A stretch of 64,000 nt of DNA, taken from the NCBI GenBank assembly GCA_004431415.1, contig QPMI01000058.1, positions 186,001-250,000 of the forward strand, written 5' to 3'. The translations under genes and the position numbers were made by a program. Shown here piece by piece: positions 27,501 through 38,003 of the stretch (position 1 is the stretch's first letter; every line of letters starts with the position of its first letter). Below the pieces are notes generated by a model. That model was not told where the DNA came from and ran no database searches. It saw nothing but the letters and a program-made list of their open reading frames with translations. This DNA comes from Cyanophora paradoxa CCMP329. Taxonomy: Eukaryota > Plantae > Glaucophyta.

Positions 27501-28973
27501 ATAGCAATAAGTTTAAATAAAAAGCATAATGGATATGATGTCAAGGCAAACCATCTGCCAAGATGCAGCAAGGAACAAAGCAGTGTCTGCGCGAAGCTCT
27601 TGCCTGGGAAAAGAGGCTGCGAAGGATTCTTAATAATTGCTAAATACTCTCATTGAGTTTCAGTGATCATGGGCGCACCATTCATTCCATTCAGACTCTC
27701 GGGAAGCCGGAGAACGTGACCGCAGACGAACGATAAGAAATTCTGGATCTTGTTTCCGAACCTCACGTAATTGTAAGGAGATCCAGAACGCCAGACTTCA
27801 AACTGCGCGAGCATCACTAAATGCTGAAAGGCTTACGACAGAAGTTGAAACGCTCACGTGATCGCGCAGTGACTGCAAGAGTACAACTCGCGCCATGATA
27901 CGATCAGAGAGAAGAGAGAAGAAGGACTCTGGGATCCATTTATCCCACTCCTCCAAATACATAATGTGGCGCAGGTACAGAACAGTGGGATCTTCGGACG
28001 TGTTGGAGATGTTCAGGTCGGTTAGATTGGACTGGAAATTCATATCGAATTGGAGCGGTCCGGGGCGTGTCACACGATTGATGCCCGGCGGATCCTCCCA
28101 GACATGAACAACAGAACCAGAATCGGACTTGAAGCCAAAAAACTTTGCTGCGGACTTGACGAACTTGGCCCCGACAGACTGGCTGCGCTCAGGATGCGGA
28201 AGGGAGATATACTTGTACTCGACTGGCTGATCCGCAGGAAGTTCGACAGCATCAGAGATCCAAAGCGACTTGCGGACATGGTGCAGCTGCACGACACGAT
28301 CTTCGTCCTTGCCCCAGTCGCCGAGGGAGAGCGTGTTTCCAGTAACGAAAAAGGTTCCTTTCTCTTCCGCCTTGATTGGAAGAAGAAGCAGGAAGCACGT
28401 CTTGCGCGTTTTGGGGAGGACTGGAGCTGCAGTTGCAGCTGCAAGGCTGCATGTGCAAGTTCGTCAGATGCCAAAAAAAAGAAATCGTTGAGACTTGACT
28501 CACGTGCAGCTGACAGTCGACGTGGGAACAGGAAGTGCGGCTTCGGCCGTTTCGTGTTGGACATCCGTCAAGGGCGTGGCGCCGGCGTCACTGCAACACA
28601 GAAAATAGTTGATTAGAGGCGACTTTGAGCTTGATCATGAGATTTGAAGTAATATAACCACCTTGAGCTTGAGCTTGAACTTGAATCTCCCGTTTCGGAT
28701 TCCGACGTGCTGGTTCATCGATGCAGAAGAAATTAGAACAGAGAACAAAAATTAATCGAAATATTAATCAAGCAGAAAGAGCGCACTCCGAGTCGATTGC
28801 AGGCACACTGGTACCGGCAAGCCGAGATCTAGAGGCAGATGACCTGAATATTGATCAGTCGACAAATTCAATTGGCCACGATTACAGAGTTTTATTATTT
28901 CTCACCCATCAGATGGAGGCCTCGTAGTGCTCTTCTTCTTGACCTTGGGCTTCTTCTTCGATCTCTTTCCCAT
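12591..28973 (-). CDS. RNF213/mysterin-like giant AAA+ ATPase E3 ligase (CBM20, stalk, dynein-like AAA core, E3 module with RZ finger, C-terminal domain)
   Basis: CBM20-like segment FFVTGNTLSLGDW...LWISDAVELPADQPVEYKY...WE at about 28060-28400. RNF213-type AAA motifs: SAAAGLGKS, PVVVMGETGCGKT, WVFLDEINT, YRVHPLP, SLRDVRR, PVFLVGK|PGCSKSLS, SFQGSEQSTSDGI, VVLLDEVGLAE...PLKVLHALLE, GISNWQLDPAKMNR, FHGLRDYY, YGSLYDALNQNY. RZ finger at 15270-15440. The probable first exon is MGKRSKKKPKVKKK (ATG 28973, less certain), and the last exon ends ...TKKKFS* at 12591. Confidence 0.93.
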
Positions 28974-29179
28974 TGCTGGCCTTCGCGTGATTTCAGTTGG
29001 AGTCAGTCAGAGCTCGGCGTGCAAAAAAAGGGAAGGAAGGAAGCGAAGAATGATCGAAGATCTAGAAATTGAGAAGTGCGACGACATCTTGCAATTGGCA
29101 TACACCGGAGAGAGAGAAGCGGACGTCGGGGGAAGGGGAAGGAGGAAGGGGAGGAAGCGGACGTCTATATTTGATTTAA

Positions 29180-29720
29180 AATGTCTGGGGGAGGGGGAGA
29201 TGAGGGGAGGAGAGCGGGGTGGCAGGAGAACGAGAGTGGTACAGCGAGAGGGGGTGGGGGAGCTCGAGGGTGGGCGAGAGAGAAAATCGACTCCGGGTAA
29301 CGAGGGGAGGAGGGGGGTACGAAGGGGGAATGTGGTAAGGGTACAGCCGGGGAAGAGGGGTTCAGAGGTAAAAGGAGGATCCGGGGAGGTAAAGGGGTTC
29401 AGAGGTAAAGGGGTTCAGCTACAGCGGGGAGGGAGAGGGGGTACGGTAGGGGGAGGGGGGTACAGTGGGGGAGAATAGGGAACAGGTACAGCCGGGAAGG
29501 GGGCCACGGAGGAAAAGGGAGGAGAGGCGGCAGAGAGGGAGAGGGGGTACGGCGGGGAGGGAGGGGGATACAGTGGGGGAAAGAGAGGTACGGAGGAAAG
29601 GGGAGGAGATGGGGTACGGCGGAGGAGGGAAGGGGGTACGGGGGGAAGGGGAGTGGTGCGGCGGGGGAGGTGTACGGCGGGTGCGCATTAAGGGGAAGAC
29701 TTACGAAGAGAGGAGGACTT
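29180..29720 (+). repeat. Purine-rich (G/A) low-complexity tract with repeated GG(G)TAC motifs in the divergent intergenic region
   Basis: The + strand is strongly G/A-biased, with many G-runs and repeated ggtac/gggtac motifs. Confidence 0.7.
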
Positions 29721-30784
29721 GAAGGACTTGTGAGAGAGGAGGAAAGACAGTACGCTTGTACAATCACGACCGACCTGACAGCAGTGTCATCATTATCGCG
29801 ACATTATCATCATCATGAGAGTATGTACCTCGAGCTAACAAACAGAAATCTGCCGGTGGTGCGAGGCCGGCCTCCGGATCCAGTCGGTCTGACTTCCTGA
29901 TGATAACGTCAGCTAATGATTAGGGCGATTTGACTGGACAGGTCAAGTGACCCGACGTGCCTTCCAAGGCCTTGGCCTTGTTTCGTCGGGCGTGATCTGT
30001 GCCGCGCATCACTTGTATCAGCATGCGCGGCCGCTGGAGCGAGGCGAATGTGGATGCACACCGGGACCGCGCGCGTTCGGCCGCGCTCGCGTGCACCTCG
30101 AGCTCCAGTCGCCTGCAAGCGCGCGTTCGCGTCAGCCTTGTTTGCGTTCGGGTCCCGAGCTCGAGCTTGGAGCGGTCACATCGTCTGCCGGCCGCGGACG
30201 GAGCCGCTGAGCCTAGACCTGACGCGGGCACCTGACGAAACCTTGAGAAGCAGAAAGTCTTAAACCTGCAAGATTTGCGTCAAGCGCGCTCAGAAAACGA
30301 GATGGCGGGCCCGGACAGGCCGCCGGATGCGTCGGCCGCGGCCGACCGCGCCGAGCGGTCAAGTAAAGCGGACCTCGTTCGACGAAGCAGTAAACCTTCT
30401 GGTCACAAGATCTGCGCAGCGCGCGCTCAGCGGGCGGGCGTCCAGCGAAGGACGGGCGGGCTAGACGGCAAATGGGGCGTGCTCCTGACGGGCGCTGGCT
30501 TGCTGGAGGCGTCCCTTGCAAGCAAATACGATGGCTAAAGCACCTTTCCGAAGATCGAAGACAGAGGGAGCGAGCTGCGCGCCTTACTTCTGCGGTCGCC
30601 TTCGCCTGACCTACAATCTCAGCTGCCGCCCCCGCCCCCCCCTTCCCCCCCCCCCCCCCCCCCCCCCCCCCCTTAAGCTTTTCGGTCGAAGTTCAGCGGT
30701 CAGGAGGCGTCCCACAGCGGTCAGGCGGCGTCCCCGGCATCGGCCACCGGTCGCGCAGTCTCGTCCGGGAATCCAGCGATATCG

Positions 30785-32753
30785 ATGGAATGCAGCCGGT
30801 GCAAGCAAGAGCGACCATCGGGCGATTACGTTCTCCGCAGGCTGAACTGCGGTCATATCCCTATCGCATGCGTCCAGGTTCGTAAGCGCGCTCAACCTGG
30901 ACCGGATCGAATCTGACCGGACCTGACCACGCGCTCCCGCAGTGCCTGGCCAAGGCGAAGCACTGTTCTCTGTGCACGGCCGGTTTCAGCGAGGACGACC
31001 GCGCGTCGCTGGAGGAGAAGTTGCGCGAGCTGGACGCGGTGGCGCTCTTCAGCAGCGCCCCGGCGGCCCGCGCCGCGCCCAGCGAGCCCGGCTACGTGTT
31101 CCATGTCATGTCAATGGACGGTGGCATGCAGCACGTTCAACTTGGCGACGCCGCGTCGTGCCTGGACCTCAAGCGCGCGGTGGAAAGAGTCTTCCGCGTG
31201 AAACCGGAGCACCAGCGGCTCTTTCTCGCGGATGACAGCAACGTTGAGATCAAGGTGCGCCCCGCGTGCTCGAAAGCTCTGCGTGTCTCGCTCATACGCG
31301 CGCTTGCTCCGCAGGCGCTCAAGAACGGGACGCCTGCGCCGATTGCCGGCTCGCCCCTGACATCCGGCGACACGCTTCTGCTGCTGCGCGTCTACTCGGA
31401 GCACGCCGGCCAGACCGACATCGCAGGCGCGGCGCGGGACAAGCACGGGAACGCGCTCGGCAGCAGCTACGACCTGGGCGTGGACAGCGCGTTCCGCGGC
31501 ATGACCATCGCGGTGCTGCACGAGTTCATCGGAACTCGTAAAGACTTCGACTTCGCTTTGCCTGAGGCGGCGCTTCGGGAGAAGGGCTTCACCGTCCACC
31601 GCTGGTCGGACCGCATCCCCGCGCTCGAGGAGTTCAGCGCCGTCCTCGACCGCTCCTGCCAGCTCTGGATCACGTCGGACAGCCGTGATCGCGGCCTCTC
31701 GGACGCCCACATCCAGCGTATCCGCCGATTTTTCAGCGAGGGCAGAGGGGTGTACATATGGTGGGCTGCCTCTCATTCGGGGTCGCTCTTTGTTCTTTGT
31801 TTGCTCTGACTCTTCTTCCAGGGGCGACAACGATCCGTGGTACTTCGATGCGAATCGGATCGCGAAGGCTCTCTTTGGCGGCAGCATGTCCGGCTGCCTG
31901 CCGGGTATGAAGGTGGTACAGCAAGGTACTTCGAATTCATTTCAGCCCATACCCCCCTCTCCCTTGCCACCCCATTCGAATCCCCCCTCCCCCTCCCCCC
32001 CCCCCCCCCCCTATGTCCTCCGAAACAGTATCCCCCTTCCCCTCTAGATCTTCTTTCTGCCTTTCTCGATCGATCGCGACCTCATTGCCATCCGACACCG
32101 TACCCCCTCTCGTTTGCCATGACCCCGCTCCGCACCCGTACTCCACCGTGCTCCCTCGCATCGTAAAATGGCGCTGGCTAGCCCCCCCCCCCCCCCCCCC
32201 CGGTCCCCGCCCCCCCTCTCTAGCACACTGTACCCCTCGTTTTAGCGCAATCTACCCCTTTTCTCTCCCCGCTCCTTTGAACCCTTGCTTTTGCCTCGTC
32301 CCCTAGTTCTAACTTCGATTTTCGCAGCTCCGAAAGGGACGCCAACGTCGGGAGCAGCCCCTGGGGCTGGCGGCTTCGTTCCACACTTCATCACAACAGG
32401 TACTGTTTTGCCACTTTTTCTACTTTTTCGTTCTTGCCTCATCGTGCCCGACGTAGGTGTCGCGCGTCTCTACGAGGGCAATACAATTGCGACGATCGCG
32501 CCACACCCGCACCTCCACGCCCTCGTCCGAGGCTCCGAGGGGAACGTCGTGACGGCTATCTACGATCGCGACGGCCGCCGGGCCGTTCTCGACGGAGGCT
32601 TCACGCGCATGTATGCCGACTACTGGGATGAGGCGGGCATCGCGCGGTACGCACCGCTGCCCCCACGTCCATCTTGCTTCTGCCCTGACCTCTTCCCGCA
32701 GATATGTAAAGAATGCGGCAGTGTGGCTCGTCAACATTGAAAACGATTACTAG
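30785..32753 (+). CDS. RING finger - ubiquitin-like domain - class I GATase-like (ThuA/GldG-like fold) domain protein, 7 exons
   Basis: Exons are 30785-30877, 30943-31254, 31315-31760, 31822-31925, 32328-32399, 32457-32646 and 32702-32753, all joined by GT-AG introns in frame. RING: MECSRC-x15-CGHIPIACVQ|CLAKAKHCSLC. Ubl: FHVMSMDGG...DLKRAVERVFRVKPEHQRLF...GDTLLLLR. C-terminal domain: GSSYDLGVDSAFRG...QLWITS...IRRFFSEGRGVYIW|GDNDPWY...LYEGNTIA...LDGGFTRMY...RYVKNAAVWL. Confidence 0.85.
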
Positions 32754-33102
32754 AATCGTTTTCAAAACCTTGGTTTCAGGTTGCATGCTTGCATACTTGG
32801 TTTCATGTTTGCATCAGTTCTAGCTAAAGGCTGCACTTCCCTTTCGAACTCCAACGTTAACCCTCCCAGTTTCTTATTAATTTAAGTCGACGTCAGAAGT
32901 CCAATCGACATTTTGTTGCAATTGATCATGATGTGCTGCGCTCGAGCTCGAGCTCCCCTCTCTCCCCTTATAATTACCCTCTTCCTCCTTCCCCGACCCT
33001 CTTCAATTTAATGCTTGTCCCCCTCCGCGCGGCTCCGAGCTCAACGGGATGTGCTCTGATTCCCTGGATATTGGGGGACTGGGGACGGGGCGGGGGCCGC
33101 GG

Positions 33103-36100
33103 CTAGCGCTTGCGGGGCGGGGTCTCTCGGCGGACGGCCGGCGGGGGCGCGGGGCGCCCTGCGGTGACGGGCACCGGGCGGGAGGCGGGCACTCCGGCCG
33201 AGACCAGCGGGGGCCTCCCCGTCGCCGGCGCTGACTTGGGGATGGGGGGTATGGATCCGGAGCGGGGAGGGGGGCCCGAGCCGTTCGGGCGCCCAGGGGC
33301 GGTGGAGGGCGGGCTCGAGGTGGGGGAGGGCTTGGAGAGGATACTGGCGGCGCCGGCGGCGCCCGCGATGGGCCCGCTCACGGCGCCGTAGGGGGTGTTG
33401 GGCGGGGAGGAGCGCGCGCCCGCGCGGGGCGCCACGCCGTACGCGGCCGACGCCGCCGTGACGCTCTTGGCGCCGCCGCCGGGCGGGGGCCCCGCGCCGG
33501 CCGCGCCGGCCGCGCCTGCGCGAGGTCAGCGGTGCTGGCGCGGCTGGAGCGCGCGGGGAGCAGAGGGCCGGGCGCACTGGTGCGGGGGGAGGCGAAGAGG
33601 GAGGAGGAGGCGCCGGAGGCGGAGGCGGCGGCGGCGGCGGCGGCGGCGGCGACTGACGGGGTGATGCTGCCTGGGCCCGGGGCGGCCGGCGGCAGGCACG
33701 GCGGGGCGGGCGGCGGAGGAGGGCAGGGCGGAGGGGCCGGCCCGGCGGGCGGGCGGGAGGCGGCGGATGCGGAGGCGGAGGCGAGGGACGAGGCGGCGGG
33801 GCGGAGGCGTACCCGTTGGAGGGGGTACGGCGGCGCCGGCGGTGCTGCCGGACGGGGGGCGGCGCGGGGCGGCGGAGGCGGCGGCCGCCGCGCGGGCGTT
33901 CGCGGCGGCGGAGGCCGTCGAGAGGGAGGCGGAGGCGGAGAGGGTACGGCGGAGGAGCCGGAGGCGGAGGGGAAGGAGGGGGCGGGGCGGTGGGCCGCGA
34001 GGCCCCGCGGCAGCGGCGGCGGCGCCGGCGAGGGCCGACGGGCGGAGGCCGAGACCCGCGGCGGCGGAGGCGGAGGCGGCGGCGGCGGCGGAGGTGGCGG
34101 CGCCGGCGCCGGGGCGGGCGTACCCCGCGGAGCCTGACCCGCCCTTCTGGGGTTCGACGGTGTAGCGCCGGCGCCCGTACTCGGGCTTGCCCTTGTCCGC
34201 AGCCATCTCGCTCTCCTCCTGGACAGGACGTCAGCGCGGGGCGGGGCGGGGCGCCGGGAGCGGCGGCGGAGGCGGCGGGGTCGCACGTCGGCGATCATCT
34301 GGTCCTCCTCGGCGGCGCGCTGGGCGTCGACGGCGTCGTCGGCGCTGTCGAGCGGGCTCGGCAGCGGCTGCCCGTCCTTGCCCAGGATCGTCGTCCGCAC
34401 GGGGATCTTGCACATCCGCTCCTCGGCCGCCGCCGCCGCCGCCGCCACGTCCCGGTCCTTGTCCCCGCGCAGCCGCGACGCGCAGTCCTTGAGGCGGTTC
34501 AGGAGCGCCGAGTCCCCCGGGAGGCGCAGCACGCCCTTGAAGGTGGCGAGGAGGCCGCAGGCGCGGAGGCGGACGTTGGGGACGGGGTCCCCGCAGAGGT
34601 CCAGGGCGGGCTCCAGGAACGACTCCTTGAAGAAGCGCCGCGAGAAGACGGCGAGGACGGAGGAGCAGAGGTCGAGGAAGGTGGAGCGGAGCCAGTAGGA
34701 GCGGCCCCGCGCGAAGTCGCGGACGAGCCGCTGCACGAGCTCGGCCCGCTGCAGCCGCCACCGGTTCTTGCGGACGAGCACGCAGACGGTGCGCGTGGCG
34801 GCGACCTTGACGGGGTTCGCCCCCGTCGACATGTAGCGGAAGAGCAGCGGCATGATGTGGTCGTAGATCGTCTCCGAGGCGTAGAAGGCGGGGAGCTTGT
34901 CGAGGTGGGAGAGGAGCTTGACCTGCCGCCGCCAGCTGAGCGCCGTCGCCTGCTCCAGGGCCAGCACGGCGGGGAGGATCTCGCCGTAGGCCTGCTTCTT
35001 GAGCTCCTCGGAGGAGACGGCGAAGAGCGGGAGCGTGGCGTCGAGGGTCTCCATGATGGCGTCCTGCACGTCGACGCTGTCGTCCTGGAGGAGCCGGAGG
35101 AACGGTTCCCTGAGGTACTTGGCGACCCGCTCCTTGCCCAGCATCGAGGCGATCTCGTGGAAGCCGGCCGCCGCCGTCCGCCGCACCAGCGGGTTCGGGT
35201 CCGTGCAGAAGTTCACGAAGTGCGGGTGGAACCTGGCGGCCGCGGGGTGAGGGGGGGGCGGGGGCGGGGGAGGTGGGGGTACGAGGGGGAGGGGGGGGAG
35301 GAAGCACGCACGTGTTGGTGTACCAGACGTACTTCTTCGCGCCGAGGCTCTTTAGGACGGCCTGCGGGGGCGCCGGGCGCCGGGCGTCAGGCGCCGGACG
35401 GGTACGGGCCCCACGCGAGCCGGTCCGGTCGGTCGCACCGGAAAGTTCCACGCGCAGAGCCGCCGGGACTCGGCGTCCAGCCGCTGCACCCGCCGCGTAA
35501 GAAGGAAGAAGAAGAAGGAGAGAAGGAGAAGAGGCAGAGGGAAAGAGAGAGAGAAGCGAGGGCGGGGCGGGGCGGGGCGGGCGGGCCTGGGACATGATCT
35601 TGAAGAAGTCGTAGAGGAGCTGCCCCTCCTCGTCCCCCTCCAGGTCCGGCCCCGCCTTCGTCAGGATCTCCCCGATCGAGCCGACGACGACGCGCGCCAT
35701 GTCGTCCCCGCCCAGCGACGCGAACGAGGCCGACAGGCTCGCCTGCTGCTGCTGCGTCGGCGCCGCCGCGATCCCCGCCGCGCAGTGCTGCTTGATCAGG
35801 GGCAGGATCTGCTGCTTCCTCGTGTCCTTGTCCAAGAAGTCGAGCAGCGCGACCACAGCCTGCGGAGATCCCACCGTCAGCCGAGCGGAGAAGAGCGGGG
35901 GCGGGCGGGCTCGAAGGCGGGCGGGCGGGCCTGGAAGGCTGCTTCCTTGACCTCGGCCTCCTCGTCTCTCAGAAGCTCCATCAGCTCGTTCAGCAGCGGT
36001 CCCTTGGTCCTCTCCAGCCTGCCGCCCCACGCCCCGCGCCCCGCATCAGCCGCCGCCGCCCTGCCCGGCCCGGCCCGGCCCGCCCCGGCGCACCCGACGC

Positions 36101-37130
36101 TCCGCGCGATGGCGCTCAGCTGCTGGCACATGCAGATGCGGACCTCGTAATCCGTGTCCTGCCTCGGGGCTCGAATCCGCGCGGGGCTGGGCGCCGGCGG
36201 GGAGACAGGGGCGGGGGTGGGAACCTGGCACAGGGTCATCGCCTTCGAAAAGAAAGCGTCGTCGATGGTCTCTCCCTCCAGCACGGCCGCGAGCTTTCCC
36301 AGGATCTGGCAGCACATCGTTCGGTTTTGCACGCTCTCCGTGATGTCTCCTTTCGCCAGCGCCATCTTCACGATCTGGGCGCGCCCTGGTCGGCGTCGCC
36401 GCGCGCGCCGCGGGCGCGCAAAACAAACCTGCTGCTTCAAGATGCGTTTCGGCAGGGATTCCATGATAGAGAACAGCACTGGGAGCCAGGCCTGCTCGTT
36501 GCAGGGCCGGGCGCGTTAGCGGAGGGGCCGAGCGGTCTGGCAAAGGCGCAGAACGCAGCACACCTCCGCCACATCGAAGTCCCGCTTGTCCAGCATTGCC
36601 AGACAGGTCCGCAGCACCGCCTCTTCGACGGCCTTGGTGGGGACCAGCTTCTCGCTGAGAACTGTGTTGAAGCTCTGGGCCGCCGCGATCTGCAGATCCG
36701 ATTCCGCCCCATTCAAGAACTCCTGCGTGGCGTTCAGCGCGGGCACAAGCGCCTGCGCGAGCTGCGTAGCTAAAGCGGGAGGCCGCACCAAGGCCGGGTT
36801 CAGCACTTCGTTGACTCTATCGGGGAACTTGCGGAACAGCCGGGCGAGGTCGTTGATCACAGCTAGGATTTGCACCGGCTGTCCGCCGCTGAAGAAGCTC
36901 AGGGCGCGTTCAATCTCTCCGAGGGTCTCATCGATCAGGAAGCGCTCTATCTCCTCCTCAGACTGCGGTAAGAGAAGCGCAATTAGGTTCAGCAACACGG
37001 GGCGGCGGGGCAAGCGGCAACGCTAGCCCGCCAGGGCGCGTGGGGCGCGGGAGCCGAGTTTGCGGAGCACCTTCAGCCCGCCTTTGACGGAGAACTCTCC
37101 TCCTCCCTCTCCGCCCTCGTAGAGGTCCAT
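33103..37130 (-). CDS. PPP4R4: Serine/threonine-protein phosphatase 4 regulatory subunit 4 (HEAT repeats, low-complexity C-terminal tail)
   Basis: MDLYEGG...LK|SEEEIERFLIDETLGEIERAL...GQPVQ and LCQ|DTDYEVRICMCQQL...LLNELMELLRDEEAEVKEAAF match the PP4R4 family. HEAT repeats DPNPLVRR and DPVPNVRL are present. The stop follows PPRKR at 33103. Apparent frameshifts in the GC-homopolymer-rich tail may be sequence errors. Confidence 0.9.
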
Positions 37131-37218
37131 GCCTCTGGCGCGCTGCGCCGCTGAGGGGGGGTTCTTTGTACCTCTATCCTGTACCCGGATAGATACAAGA
37201 TCGAATCGGAGAAAGAAG
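37131..37218. promoter_or_regulatory. Compact bidirectional promoter between PPP4R4 and the ABM-domain gene
   Basis: Only 88 bp separate the two divergent ATGs (37130 and 37219). Confidence 0.6.
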
Positions 37219-38003
37219 ATGGCCGCCTTCGTCGCTCTCGCCCCCGCAGTCGCCCCCAGCCGGACCCAGCCGACGGCTAGCGCGTCCCTCTGCACTTTAG
37301 ACCGGGACGTACGCGTCCGGCCGCGGCTGTTCTTCGCCGGAGCCGCGGCTCCGGTCAGCCGGGCGATGCGGGCCGCCCCGACCCGCACGTTCGAATTCTC
37401 GGTCTCTGCGAGCGGGATGGACCTCCCGACGGTGCCGTACGCGCCCGACAGTGCCAGCAAGGACGAGGTTCGGAAGTACACCGGCGCGAGGTGGGACAAG
37501 GGCGAGATTGACCTGGAGTTCTACGCCTTCCGCAATGCCCTCTCCCTCGTCACGGAGGCCGTGGCGAAGGACGAGCACGCCGACGCCGTGTCGAAGATGC
37601 TGTCGGAGTACGCGGCCTGGAATCGGAAGGTCGAGATCCCGGCCGGGCGCATGGAGACCTTCGAGCTGGAGCGGGACGCCTCCAATCCCGCCCGCTTCGT
37701 CTTCTTCGAGCGCTACGCCGACGAAGAGGCCGTCGACGCTCACCAGGAGATGAGCGAGGTCCAGACCTTCATGCAGAAGCTGCAGCCGCTCCTCGCTCGG
37801 CCCCTGGGGCTCTCTTTGTACAGCGAGATGCAGCGCGAGGAGGACCGCGCCCCCATCCTCTCCCACGCCATGTATCCGTGCGTCCGCCGCGCTGCAGCCG
37901 TGTCCCGCGCCGCGATTGTCCCGTCTGAGTTTTGAGTTTGCTCTTGCACTGCAGGTACGGCCCCATCGGCGAGGGCGGCGCTGACGATCAGCCCATGCGC
38001 TAG
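37219..38003 (+). CDS. Plastid-targeted ABM (antibiotic biosynthesis monooxygenase-like, dimeric alpha-beta barrel) protein
   Basis: The N-terminus MAAFVALAPAVAPSRT...FEFSVSA is transit-peptide-like (Ser/Ala/Arg-rich, Phe near the N-terminus). ABM motif: FELERDASNPARFVFFERYADEEAVDAHQ...F...L.PLLA. One intron at 37878-37954; stop TAG at 38001-38003. Confidence 0.8.

Noticed and set aside
29900-30600. Short ORFs between the RNF213-like and RING-Ubl genes as a third cassette gene
   Set aside because: I could not build any recognisable motif or consistent exon chain, so I left the region unannotated.
12075-33078. Block as an autonomous transposon or endogenous virus (Polinton, Starship-like, Helitron)
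   Set aside because: No integrase, recombinase, transposase, Rep/helicase, polymerase or capsid gene was seen, and no TIRs. Only the flanking gene-fragment duplication is supported.
33526-34206. Frameshifts in the PPP4R4 tail (and at about 51390 in the kinase) as evidence of pseudogenes
   Set aside because: They fall in or next to C/G homopolymers and differ between the two PPP4R4 copies. They are most likely long-read indel errors; raw reads would be needed to decide.
33816-35597. 593-aa + strand ORF and many similar long Arg/Gly/Pro/Ala-rich ORFs (e.g. 10982-12193, 55367-56500, 7265-8209)
   Set aside because: These are antisense or off-frame shadows of real GC-rich genes. Stop codons are rare at this GC content and the translations have no domain motifs.
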